The notes under the pieces were generated by a model. The model saw only the letters and a list, made by a program, of their open reading frames with translations. It did not search any database and was not told the origin of the DNA. From positions 1 through 28,490 of the IMG/VR virus record IMGVR_UViG_3300021365_000075: a stretch of DNA of 28,490 nucleotides; one strand, written 5' to 3'. The position numbers and the translations under genes are program-made. This stretch comes from a virus (taxonomy: Duplodnaviria; Caudoviricetes). Positions 18,209-27,068 of the stretch are shown here, in pieces; the stretch's first letter is position 1, and every line of letters starts with the position of its first letter.

Positions 18209-20824
18209 TTAATCACCTCTAAACGTCACTTTAACTACCTTTACTATATCATCATTATAACCATAAGTTTTGTTAATTCTTTCCCAATCGCCTTTAGAAT
18301 GTAATATTGCACGAATATCATTATTAGTTATATTCAAAGACTTTGCTAAGAATTTGACATCTTCCATGGATGATGAATTTAATTTACCATTAGGTACGTG
18401 TTTCATAATTGTTGAATCACTCATAGCATCGTTAATTTGTAATCTTTCCATCATTTTAATCAGTCTCTGCTCGGCTTTTTGAAAGTCAGTAAGTAATGAT
18501 TGTTGAGGGTCTGCAAAGGCACTTTGTGCTCTCTGTCTTTGTTCTTCAGTAATTCTTAATCTTGGATTTTGAGCAATATCTCTCATGGCTTGTTCTGTAC
18601 CTTCGGGTGTTTGAGATGCTTGTTGTCGTGCTGCTACAGGACCGGGGAGTAAAGAACGGAAATTAGGAGGTGGTAAACTAGGTGTTACACCTACTTTATT
18701 ATTTGCTATTATTTGAGCAGTAGGTGCTTTGATAGGTGGTTGACTAGGAAAATCATCCAAAGTCATTTGATTACTAGGTAAAACAGGCGGTCGACCCGAA
18801 ATACCGCCCGGAGGTGCAACAGGTGAAGGTGAAGGTGGAGTTACGACAGGTGGAGGTGGAGGTGGAGGTGGAGGTGGAGTTACGACAGGTGGTCCGGCAG
18901 TAGGCCGTGAAAGTCCTGATGCTATCTTAGGAACTGGCCCAACAAAATTTTTCTGTGCATGTTCAGGAATAGTCTCAACATCATGACCTTGTGCTCTTAG
19001 ATTATTAACTTGATTACCTTCATTTCTTTCAAATAAATTCATGATACTTGCAGGATAAGCAGTATGTTTTGCCAAACCGTGACTTTCCAACATCATAGTA
19101 GAAAGTGTATCTGCGATTTTTCTTATTTGTGGAATATTTTCATGACCACTTAAATCGCCGGGTTTGAAACCTGCAACCTGTAATTCTTGGTCATTTAACA
19201 TGTCTAACGCATGTATAGAAGTAGGTCCACCGGGTTTACGATTAGCATTTAATCCAGAACTCAATATGGTAGCATAATTCGTAACTGCTTTACTATGTAA
19301 TGCATCACCACCACCAGTTTTCCCTTTTATTTTAGTAGAATGTGCATCACTATGAGACATTATGCTTTGTAAATCTTTATGAGATAGTGTATCTCCATTT
19401 TGTTTTTGATGACCGCCCTGATATTTATTTTCGTAATATCTATCTAGTTTTTTATGTAAAGAACCTGTTACAGTACCATCTTCTTTCACTCTTATGTTAG
19501 TATCTGTATTGTCACCAAACATTTTTTCAAAAAATGGATACATAGCCATATCGTGTATAAAATCATCAAATAATTGTGTATTCCTTCCTTCTGCGGGTGC
19601 TCTATTATTTGTTTTAAAAATTTCACTTATAGGATGTGTTTTACCAGTTTTTAAATCCGTCCACATTACACTATTCCATCGAGGGTCATTTAAATCTATA
19701 TTTTTTATTTCACCTTCATGAGATTCATGATTCTCATCAGGTGTTTTTTGATGTTCAGGATGTAATATTCTGTTTATACCTTCTTTCGCTTTACCTATTG
19801 AAAGGTTAGAATCATCTTCACCATGTGGTTTTCTACCACCTCTACCATACTGTGGTTTCTTTTTACGTAAAAAATAATCATTAGCCAATTCAGGTACTAT
19901 ACCGTATGATGTTACATTTTTCAATGTAGCAGTGTCATTAGTTATATCTTTGAATTGTTTTCGTGCAAATGTGTCAAGAGGGGTTTTTTCTTCCCCTTGT
20001 CGATGACTATCTCTATCTCTAGCAGTCTGTATTGCTCTAGGCTTCAGCCTACCATCTGCTGTTTTAGCATATGTACTTGTTTCAGCAGTTATATGTGGGA
20101 CTTTTAAAAATCTTAAATTTCTAGTATTTGCTTCTGCATGTGTAGGACTACTACCTAATTCCATATGATATTGTTTCAATATATCTCTAAGACCACGATA
20201 CATTGGATTACTCAACGATTCAAGATAAGTGCCAAAAGCATGTTTTTTACCATGCATGTTAGTAGTGCTAGTTACTAATCTACCGTCTTGTGCTCGATTA
20301 CCTCTATCATCGTCTTTATCATAATGTCCTGTAACATTTTTTCGCCATTCTTTACTTTTAGTGTTTGGTAAATCCCAACCATTTCTTCCATTATCTAAGT
20401 CTATACCATCTTGCACTATTTTCTCGGCATCCATTGGATTAAACCCTGCACCGGGAAAAAGTTTAGCCATTTTTTGTAAATGTAATCCAATTTGATTAAT
20501 AATTGCATCAACACCATGAAAATGCACTCCATTTCCATCATCCCACATAAGACCACCAAATGTGCCGGGTTTCATCTCCATATCATATAAATTACCAACA
20601 CCTGAGTGTCCAGAGTGTTTATGGTCTACATGACCAGAATGTGCAAAAGGTGGTGCATCCATACCATCATTAATATCAGGATTGTCATTCAAGGCTTCTT
20701 CTGGATACCACCTATGTTCAGTATTTCTACCATTATGTACTAAATGTACACCATTACCTTTCTGTATAGGTTCACCTATGATATAAGTAGGATAATATGT
20801 ACCTTCGGAGAATATAGGTCTCAT
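18209..20824 (-). CDS. Large hypothetical protein with a poly-Pro linker and a C-terminal helical domain
   Basis: 871 aa, His/Gly-rich N-terminal part, long Pro tract near 18820-18890, ATGA coupling. Confidence 0.75.
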   Translation of the reverse strand: MRPIFSEGTYYPTYIIGEPIQKGNGVHLVHNGRNTEHRWYPEEALNDNPDINDGMDAPPFAHSGHVDHKHSGHSGVGNLYDMEMKPGTFGGLMWDDGNGVHFHGVDAIINQIGLHLQKMAKLFPGAGFNPMDAEKIVQDGIDLDNGRNGWDLPNTKSKEWRKNVTGHYDKDDDRGNRAQDGRLVTSTTNMHGKKHAFGTYLESLSNPMYRGLRDILKQYHMELGSSPTHAEANTRNLRFLKVPHITAETSTYAKTADGRLKPRAIQTARDRDSHRQGEEKTPLDTFARKQFKDITNDTATLKNVTSYGIVPELANDYFLRKKKPQYGRGGRKPHGEDDSNLSIGKAKEGINRILHPEHQKTPDENHESHEGEIKNIDLNDPRWNSVMWTDLKTGKTHPISEIFKTNNRAPAEGRNTQLFDDFIHDMAMYPFFEKMFGDNTDTNIRVKEDGTVTGSLHKKLDRYYENKYQGGHQKQNGDTLSHKDLQSIMSHSDAHSTKIKGKTGGGDALHSKAVTNYATILSSGLNANRKPGGPTSIHALDMLNDQELQVAGFKPGDLSGHENIPQIRKIADTLSTMMLESHGLAKHTAYPASIMNLFERNEGNQVNNLRAQGHDVETIPEHAQKNFVGPVPKIASGLSRPTAGPPVVTPPPPPPPPPPVVTPPSPSPVAPPGGISGRPPVLPSNQMTLDDFPSQPPIKAPTAQIIANNKVGVTPSLPPPNFRSLLPGPVAARQQASQTPEGTEQAMRDIAQNPRLRITEEQRQRAQSAFADPQQSLLTDFQKAEQRLIKMMERLQINDAMSDSTIMKHVPNGKLNSSSMEDVKFLAKSLNITNNDIRAILHSKGDWERINKTYGYNDDIVKVVKVTFRGD

Positions 20825-22083
20825 TGCGTATTACCCCTAAGACCTTTCACCCCTCCTATATTTTCCATTCGATGGTCTTCAGTACCACCTTGAGGTTTCG
20901 TTGTCTGACCTGTTGGTGTTTGGTCAGTATCGATTGTTTCTGCATTACCTGTGCTTTTCTTTTTGTTTTCTGCATTTTTTAAAGCCCTTTTTGCTTGTAT
21001 TATTAATTGACGTAATTCTAAAATATCAGTAGACCGAAGACCTTTTGCCATTATCATCGAAGGTTGTGAAACTGCATCCATAGGCATAGGTGGTGACGGT
21101 GTAGGTGTTTGCATTGGCATATATCCAGTAGCACCCGGACCAGACATTTGTGGTTGATTTAAATGTGGGACTTTAAGTTGAGAAGGAGGTGTAATTGGTG
21201 GTAAACGATGTGGTTTCAAACGAGGTTTAGGAAAACCCATTCCCTGTAATCTACCTCCACCTGTTTTTCCAGCATAGTAACTACGAGCACCACTTCTTGA
21301 TTGTTGTGAAGTAGGAGAACGTACATTACCCATTCTTTTTCTACTCTCTTGTTGTCCTAAAAATTCTTTATATTTTGGCACATCTTTTGATTTCGGTTGA
21401 TTAGTAGAAACACCACGATGTTCCATCTCAACAGCCAAATGAGCATTCATCAAACCGGATTTTCTACCTCTTTTCACAGAACGCATTTGCCCTTTCGACC
21501 TTCTATTAGTAGCACCTTTTGGTCCTAAAGAACCGCCCGGTGGTGTTTTAAATTGTCCAGTAGAAGGTCTCCATTGTTGTCTCTTTTCTTTAGTTCTTCT
21601 TTCTTCTCTTTTCTTCTTTTTTGTTTTTTCACTTACTTTTTTTGCTTTTAGTAATTGATATGCTATTTCCATTGGCTCGCCCATAGCAAAAGCATTTCCT
21701 CCAGCCGCACCCGGACCTTTTGCTTGTGCTGCTAAACTTGTTAAGAATCCCATATTTCCAGCAGGGCCAGTTTTAGCACTTAATTCACGGTCAGTATCAA
21801 ATTTATCACCTTCTTCCGCTTCTTCTTTATCGTCCTCAAACCCATCTAAATCACCTAACTTTATTTTTAAATGTTTGACATTTTTACGATTTTTCTCATC
21901 CTTTTCTCTTCGTAATAATTTTTTCTCATATTTTTCGTCACGAACTCTTGCATCTTCTGGTCCATATGTATCATCTTCGTGATTGTTACGATACATATGT
22001 GATGATTCACTTCTAGGATTGTAAATTCTAGTATCACTACCACCCATGATACCGCTACTGGATTTTACAAATATTTTACTCAT
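20821..22083 (-). CDS. Low-complexity acidic/basic protein, putative DNA-condensing internal protein
   Basis: Start moved to MSKIFVKS (ATG 22083, overlapping the upstream stop). Contains Lys/Arg-rich and Pro/Met-rich tracts and an internal MEIAYQLLK-A motif. Confidence 0.65.
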   Translation of the reverse strand: MSKIFVKSSSGIMGGSDTRIYNPRSESSHMYRNNHEDDTYGPEDARVRDEKYEKKLLRREKDEKNRKNVKHLKIKLGDLDGFEDDKEEAEEGDKFDTDRELSAKTGPAGNMGFLTSLAAQAKGPGAAGGNAFAMGEPMEIAYQLLKAKKVSEKTKKKKREERRTKEKRQQWRPSTGQFKTPPGGSLGPKGATNRRSKGQMRSVKRGRKSGLMNAHLAVEMEHRGVSTNQPKSKDVPKYKEFLGQQESRKRMGNVRSPTSQQSRSGARSYYAGKTGGGRLQGMGFPKPRLKPHRLPPITPPSQLKVPHLNQPQMSGPGATGYMPMQTPTPSPPMPMDAVSQPSMIMAKGLRSTDILELRQLIIQAKRALKNAENKKKSTGNAETIDTDQTPTGQTTKPQGGTEDHRMENIGGVKGLRGNTQ

Positions 22084-22501
22084 AATAATTAATCCCCGCA
22101 TAATGTGATATTTGTGTTGCCATTCTTTCAGACATTGCTTCATAAAATGATTTAACTACAAGTGGTGAAGAAAAACAATTACTCATCGATTTACAAACTC
22201 TATTAAATTCTTCTAAATTACCTTTCAAAGATTCTCTTAATATATGAACTTCGGAAGGCTCATCAGTATCTCTAAGCACTTTTAAATTATCTATTATGTC
22301 CAATAGACTTTTATCGGAAATGCGTAAATTATTATTATTCTCAGCATAATGTTTAAATCTTCCATAAACAACAACACAATAATCTAAAAACATAGGTAAT
22401 TCATTGTCTTTAATGTGTTCGTTATTAATGAATAATCTATGACCCGGATGAGTAATTTGCATTAAATCACTAACGGAAACTAATTGGTTATTCAACTTCA
22501 A
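22076..22501 (-). CDS. Hypothetical helical protein
   Basis: 141 aa, overlaps both neighbours in operon fashion. Confidence 0.65.
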   Translation of the reverse strand: MKLNNQLVSVSDLMQITHPGHRLFINNEHIKDNELPMFLDYCVVVYGRFKHYAENNNNLRISDKSLLDIIDNLKVLRDTDEPSEVHILRESLKGNLEEFNRVCKSMSNCFSSPLVVKSFYEAMSERMATQISHYAGINYYE

Positions 22502-23174
22502 TCTCTCCGTTTTGTAATAATTCAGCCTTGATACGTTTCCAAGTATCGGGACTTTCTTTTGCTAATTCTACTTTCAATATATTGATTGTTTGATTAACTT
22601 GAGTACCTTCTGCTGTAGTACCCCATGCTTCGTTAAACTTAACTAAATCTTTTATACTTTCTCTAACTTCTTTGTGTAATGTAACTGCATCTCTAACAAA
22701 ACCATCTTCATACCCTGTTGATTCATCTAAAAATTCATGTAGTCTACCATTTAGTTTTTCTACATTGTTTCTCAACACATTGACTTCGTGTCCTACTTTC
22801 ACCACAACTTCAGTTGCAGCAGACCTTTGGACTAGTGGTTGAAAATGATTTTTCATATGGTGGTAAACAGTATTTTCTGCAATATCTAATTCTTTGGCTA
22901 TAACATCTGATTGAGAACCATCTGTAAAATATCTATTTTCAAATTCTGCTCTTTCTGGATGTGTACATAAAACACAACTAGGATTAGCAGCCATGTGGTA
23001 TTCTCCCATATGATTTCTGTAATGACGGTCTGCTGTATTTGCTCTCCAGCCCATGTCTTTATCAAGAGTTTTTATGGATGTTTCTCCATTTCTAATCATG
23101 TCTTCTAAATCATTCCTATCCGGGTGTTGACAGAAGGCACAAGACCTTTTTGTTACTTGCTCACGCTCGGCCAC
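22488..23174 (-). CDS. Duplicated zinc-finger/HTH DNA-binding protein; candidate terminase small subunit
   Basis: Two tandem units of C-x2-C-x-HP-x-R...HTH...H-x-x-NH, then a coiled coil and a QVNQTINI tail typical of small terminases. First gene of the operon leading to terL. Confidence 0.6.
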   Translation of the reverse strand: MAEREQVTKRSCAFCQHPDRNDLEDMIRNGETSIKTLDKDMGWRANTADRHYRNHMGEYHMAANPSCVLCTHPERAEFENRYFTDGSQSDVIAKELDIAENTVYHHMKNHFQPLVQRSAATEVVVKVGHEVNVLRNNVEKLNGRLHEFLDESTGYEDGFVRDAVTLHKEVRESIKDLVKFNEAWGTTAEGTQVNQTINILKVELAKESPDTWKRIKAELLQNGEIEVE

Positions 23175-23211
23175 GACGTGTCCACTACATGCGTAGCAAA
23201 TTAAGTTTGTT

Positions 23212-23218
23212 AAAAAAA
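23212..23218 (-). terminator. Putative oligo-T terminator
   Basis: T7 tract on the minus strand about 10 nt after the stop of 23229..23474. Confidence 0.35.
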
Positions 23219-23228
23219 GAGACTATCA

Positions 23229-23474
23229 TCATCTCGTTATACGTGAATATACTGTAGTTAATAATATGAAAGAACCAAAAATACCAACTAAGAAGAGTGA
23301 AGCGTCGTTTTGTGAAATTTCATTTCCTTTGTATATTAAAATAACTAAACTAGTAATTATGGCTGCAATTAATTGTATCATAATCATATCCACAATCGTA
23401 CTATGTCTAGGATTGAAAAATTGTAACGTCATATCGGCAACTGGCTTAGGTGTTATACTTCCTCCATTCATCAT
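23229..23474 (-). CDS. Small two-TM membrane protein (holin-like topology)
   Basis: Hydrophobic segments MIMIQLIAAIITSLVILIY and ASLFLVGIFGSFILLTTVY, with a basic C-terminus. Confidence 0.7.
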   Translation of the reverse strand: MMNGGSITPKPVADMTLQFFNPRHSTIVDMIMIQLIAAIITSLVILIYKGNEISQNDASLFLVGIFGSFILLTTVYSRITR

Positions 23475-24094
23475 TTTATTGCACCTCCAAATAGTGCTCT
23501 ATTGAAAAATCCACCAGCAGCCTGTCCAACATTTTCCATAACACCGGGTTGCATTGCTGCTCCAAGTGCTCCTTGTAACATTGATTGGTCAGCCATCGCT
23601 TTTATCTGCATTCTTTGTTGTTCAGCAGATTGAATCGATTGCATAGATGTATTTTGTAAACTATTTAATTGTGCAACAATATTTTCTGCACTTAACGTTT
23701 GTAAATCACTAGGTAAAGATAAAACATCTAATGTCATATTACCTTCGTCATCTACTTTAAAAGTAGCATTCTTTAATACATTCAGAAGAGAAAAAGTAGT
23801 TATGTTAGATAACATTTCTATAAAGACGGGCATATTTTGACTCACAATAAATCTATCTATCGGTTGTAAAGTTGTTAACATTGCTGCTAAAACTTCAGTT
23901 TCTGAAGGGGGAGCAACGGGCATTCCGTACTGCTGCGGGGATACACCAGCACCACCTAATATACCAGCGGCTAAGGGAGATGCACCGTAAGAATTTTGAT
24001 ATTGATTTTGCATAGGAGGTGCTGTATTCATTGCGGGTGCTCCTAAACTGAAAGATGAATTGTTGCTTGCTGGTGTTGTAGAAAATAATCCCAT
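23471..24094 (-). CDS. Hypothetical Gln/Met/Ala-rich protein
   Basis: 207 aa, low-complexity N-terminus, coiled coil, amphipathic C-terminus GGFFNRALFGG, TAATG coupling. Confidence 0.7.
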   Translation of the reverse strand: MGLFSTTPASNNSSFSLGAPAMNTAPPMQNQYQNSYGASPLAAGILGGAGVSPQQYGMPVAPPSETEVLAAMLTTLQPIDRFIVSQNMPVFIEMLSNITTFSLLNVLKNATFKVDDEGNMTLDVLSLPSDLQTLSAENIVAQLNSLQNTSMQSIQSAEQQRMQIKAMADQSMLQGALGAAMQPGVMENVGQAAGGFFNRALFGGAIK

Positions 24095-25089
24095 TATTGA
24101 ACCACCTCTGCAATTGGCGGTACAACCGCTTGAACTGTGGTAGATGGGTTCAGAACTTGAGCCTGTTGGTTTAGAACAGTTTGAAATGCTTGTTGAGCAG
24201 CAATTTGTTGCTGAACTTCTTCTTTTTGAAACATTCTCATATCAAACTGTATCATGGTAATATCATTCAAACCAGTTTCTGGATTAGGAACATGCCAAAC
24301 ATTAATTCCTTTTGTTTTATTAGAATCTTTTTCTATCTCTTGAAAAAACGGCTCATATTTTTGTACAAGTTCAGGAAGTGTGGAAGTAGTTCCAGCCATA
24401 GTAGTTACAGGTACTGTAACTAAACTCACACCTTTGTTTACTTTGTCTTTGAAATAAGATGGTTTTAATTCATCTTCTTTATCTTGTTCGGCTTCCCATT
24501 TACAAAGTAGATGATAAAGATGTAAATGTTCAGGACAATATGTACCTTGTAATCTGCGGCCACTAGTAACTCCAGTTCTTGCTATGAAGGCTTCAGGTTG
24601 TGATGTGATAGGATTGGTCCAATATAAATCCCAAAGACTTACACCTGTTTCTTCATCACTAATTCTAGCATATAGATTATCATGTTGTATCAATTCTTTC
24701 ACATTACAACCGTCAATAACACAGACACCAGCATCTTTGTTATATCTGTATTTACTTCCTAACCATCTTCTAGGGTCAAATATAGAACGTTTTGTTGGTT
24801 TTAATAATTTATATGCCTGTTTAATATCTTTCCTTCTTGCTTTACGTGGGTCAGGATGATGTGAAGGATAGAAATTCACTTTAGGAACTTGAATATTTAA
24901 TTGATTAGCATATTGTTGCATATGTTGTTGTGCAGTGGCTTGTTCCATTATAGCCCCTTGATTAAATTGAGGATTACCTTGTTTAGCCATAGCCAACATA
25001 GCAGCCTCATTTAATGATGATAAAGAAGTATTTTGTATAGGTGTATTGGTAATAGTACGATACATGTTGTCTGGTATATCCAAAACCAT
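24094..25089 (-). CDS. Hypothetical protein with a split Cys/His zinc site and Gln-rich ends
   Basis: Start moved to MVLDIP (ATG 25089, just after the upstream stop, GGAG SD). Contains CVIDGC ... YCPEH. Confidence 0.7.
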   Translation of the reverse strand: MVLDIPDNMYRTITNTPIQNTSLSSLNEAAMLAMAKQGNPQFNQGAIMEQATAQQHMQQYANQLNIQVPKVNFYPSHHPDPRKARRKDIKQAYKLLKPTKRSIFDPRRWLGSKYRYNKDAGVCVIDGCNVKELIQHDNLYARISDEETGVSLWDLYWTNPITSQPEAFIARTGVTSGRRLQGTYCPEHLHLYHLLCKWEAEQDKEDELKPSYFKDKVNKGVSLVTVPVTTMAGTTSTLPELVQKYEPFFQEIEKDSNKTKGINVWHVPNPETGLNDITMIQFDMRMFQKEEVQQQIAAQQAFQTVLNQQAQVLNPSTTVQAVVPPIAEVVQ

Positions 25090-25093
25090 TGTT

Positions 25094-25276
25094 TCACTTC
25101 TCCACAGGAGACACCTTGATGAGCATCTCGTCACCTTCGATGTCTATTCTCCAATTAAGTTTACTGCCAGCATCAAGGTTAAATTGCTTAATAATCCACA
25201 TGGGTACAGTGGTTCTAAGAGACTTACTTGCTCCACCAATGGGAACTAAAACTGTACTCGTCGCACCTCTTGCCAT
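25094..25276 (-). CDS. AbrB/MazE/SpoVT-family DNA-binding protein
   Basis: SLRTTVPMWIIKQFNLDAGSKLNW matches the swapped-hairpin consensus S-x-x-x-T-[IV]-P...L-x-x-G-x-x-L-x-W. GGAGGT SD. Confidence 0.8.
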   Translation of the reverse strand: MARGATSTVLVPIGGASKSLRTTVPMWIIKQFNLDAGSKLNWRIDIEGDEMLIKVSPVEK

Positions 25277-25311
25277 GTACCTCCGACACGGTTACACATA
25301 AAAAAGGTCAC

Positions 25312-26025
25312 TCATGTAGTCAATAAATCTACCATAGTTGGTTCTACATTCCAACCTACTCTAGTTGCCATGAAAGCACGTTTTGTTGGTAGCCTTGCTT
25401 TTTGCAACCTAATTAGGTCATCTCTAAACGGGTCAAATATTTTATGTTCACCTATTCTATTCTGTGACCAAAGGTCAGCGGCCTTATTATCGAAGAATCT
25501 GTCTGCTTTATTCGCTACTAACATTAACAAACGTGGGGCATATTTCTTTCCTTTCCATCTACTTTTAATAGTTCTATATCTATAACTGCGATTTATCAAA
25601 GAATCAACTAAAAATTTGAAACCTGCTATTTGTTCCATAGCATCAGGACCGCCCGCAAAAGCCCTATCATCAAACATATATACAACAACTTCAACTTGTC
25701 TTGCAACCATATCATCTATCCAAAGATTCCAAAATCTATCTTGACCACCTATATCTGAAGAATAAACGACTCTTTTTTCACCCGAATAACTAATTCGTTT
25801 TCTTGTAGGTTTAGGTAATAAATATCTAGTAATTAATTTAAAATGGTCGGTCCTTTCATCCACAGGTATTTCTTCCATTTCGCCCGGTGTAGTCATATAT
25901 CTATCTAAAGTGGTTTTCCCAACCATGCTAGTTCCATAAATTCCAACTCTTCTAGGTTTCCAAGAATTATATAATGCTTGACCATATAAGGCAGCACCTA
26001 CTAATACACTACCACCCGTCATCAT
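25312..26025 (-). CDS. Small Ras-superfamily GTPase (Arf/Sar-like)
   Basis: G1 GTSMVGKT, G3 DIGGQ, G4 NKAD, the strand VVVYMFD, and an N-terminal hydrophobic/amphipathic helix. Confidence 0.85.
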   Translation of the reverse strand: MMTGGSVLVGAALYGQALYNSWKPRRVGIYGTSMVGKTTLDRYMTTPGEMEEIPVDERTDHFKLITRYLLPKPTRKRISYSGEKRVVYSSDIGGQDRFWNLWIDDMVARQVEVVVYMFDDRAFAGGPDAMEQIAGFKFLVDSLINRSYRYRTIKSRWKGKKYAPRLLMLVANKADRFFDNKAADLWSQNRIGEHKIFDPFRDDLIRLQKARLPTKRAFMATRVGWNVEPTMVDLLTT

Positions 26026-26037
26026 AGTTTATACACC

Positions 26038-26304
26038 TCAATTGATTTTAGAATAAAGCCAATCTGCTAATGCTCTAGCACGTTCATAAGACCATTCAAC
26101 AGTCCAACCCCATAAACTAAAATCAGAAATTGATTCAATGTAACTAATAACAAGAGCAGTAATCATTGAGGCAACAACAGTTCTTACCCAACCAACACCC
26201 CATTCGTAAGTATTATCAACAGTATTAGCCAAATGCATGGCTCTTAGTGTTTCTTCAACCGAATCATCTTTTGGTGTCTTGAAGATACGTCCCATCGTAT
26301 TCAC
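26038..26304 (-). CDS. Small Trp-rich membrane protein
   Basis: Hydrophobic segment WGVGWVRTVVASMITALVISYI followed by an amphipathic Trp-rich helix. GGTGA SD. Confidence 0.7.
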   Translation of the reverse strand: MNTMGRIFKTPKDDSVEETLRAMHLANTVDNTYEWGVGWVRTVVASMITALVISYIESISDFSLWGWTVEWSYERARALADWLYSKIN

Positions 26305-26307
26305 ACA

Positions 26308-26931
26308 TCACCTTTTTTTCTTGAATCTTTTGTCTATTGTACCATCTGCTTTTAATTTATATCCATTATCATCCAAATTTCTTGGCGGTATCATAGAATC
26401 ACTTTTTAGATTGTTACCTGTCATTCCTAAACTTAATGCAGAATCAGTATTCGCCATATGTTGCGGTGGTTTAGAGGTACTATGAAAATCTATACCTAGA
26501 CCACTAACATCACTAGAATTGTACCCGTTGTTAATTTTAGGAAACGCTTTACCGGGATTTGCTTGCATCCACATAATTTCTTTCTCCAACTGCATTTCTT
26601 GCATCCTTAATTCCATATCCTGTCTACGTTGGTCATGGCTGTATTGCATCTCTCTATATCTACTATCTCTTTGTCTTTGCATTTCAGACATTCTAACTTT
26701 TTCTTGCATTTGTTGCTCAAAGAACATCTTAAACAAATAGTATGCTAAGATTTGTACCGCTAAAGCACCCATTGAATATGTCATTCCATTCACCCAATGG
26801 TTTTCTGTTGTTCCTGCTGGCAACCAAATACCTGCATCAAATATTCCTACTGCCGCACCAATTAGTGCAGATTGTGCAAGAATAAGTCCTGTCAATCTCA
26901 TCTCATGATTATCGTGGTTCGTACCTACCAT
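26308..26931 (-). CDS. Two-TM membrane protein with a coiled coil
   Basis: Start moved to MVGTN (ATG 26931) because the track start lies inside the promoter-like element. Two hydrophobic helices, a Gln/Glu/Met/Arg coiled coil, and a C-terminal LKADGTIDKRF motif. Confidence 0.7.
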   Translation of the reverse strand: MVGTNHDNHEMRLTGLILAQSALIGAAVGIFDAGIWLPAGTTENHWVNGMTYSMGALAVQILAYYLFKMFFEQQMQEKVRMSEMQRQRDSRYREMQYSHDQRRQDMELRMQEMQLEKEIMWMQANPGKAFPKINNGYNSSDVSGLGIDFHSTSKPPQHMANTDSALSLGMTGNNLKSDSMIPPRNLDDNGYKLKADGTIDKRFKKKR

Positions 26932-26963
26932 AGTAATGACCTTGTTAAAGGCCACAGAGGTTG

Positions 26964-26980
26964 ACATAATAAGGGTTTTG
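26964..26980 (-). promoter_or_regulatory. Putative archaeal BRE-TATA promoter
   Basis: Minus strand CAAAACCCTTATTATGT, an A-rich BRE followed by a TTATTA box, about 35 nt upstream of ATG 26931. Confidence 0.55.
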
Positions 26981-27007
26981 AAAAATGGCGATTAATGTTT
27001 CTAATGT

Positions 27008-27068
27008 TTCATTATTCTTTCTATACACAATATATATTATTATTATTTATTATAGATAGAATAATGAA
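27008..27068. repeat. 18-bp inverted repeat (one mismatch) around a 25-nt AT-rich spacer
   Basis: TTCATTATTCTTTCTATA (27008-27025) pairs with TATAGATAGAATAATGAA (27051-27068). Confidence 0.85.

Noticed and set aside
612-18890. Short tandem repeats as a possible CRISPR array or diversity-generating element
   Set aside because: All are in-frame coding repeats for Pro-rich linkers with no unique spacers. No cas or reverse transcriptase gene is visible.
24074-24094. MGLFSTT N-terminus as an N-myristoylation signal
   Set aside because: Archaea are not known to have N-myristoyltransferase, and the motif is too short to be significant.
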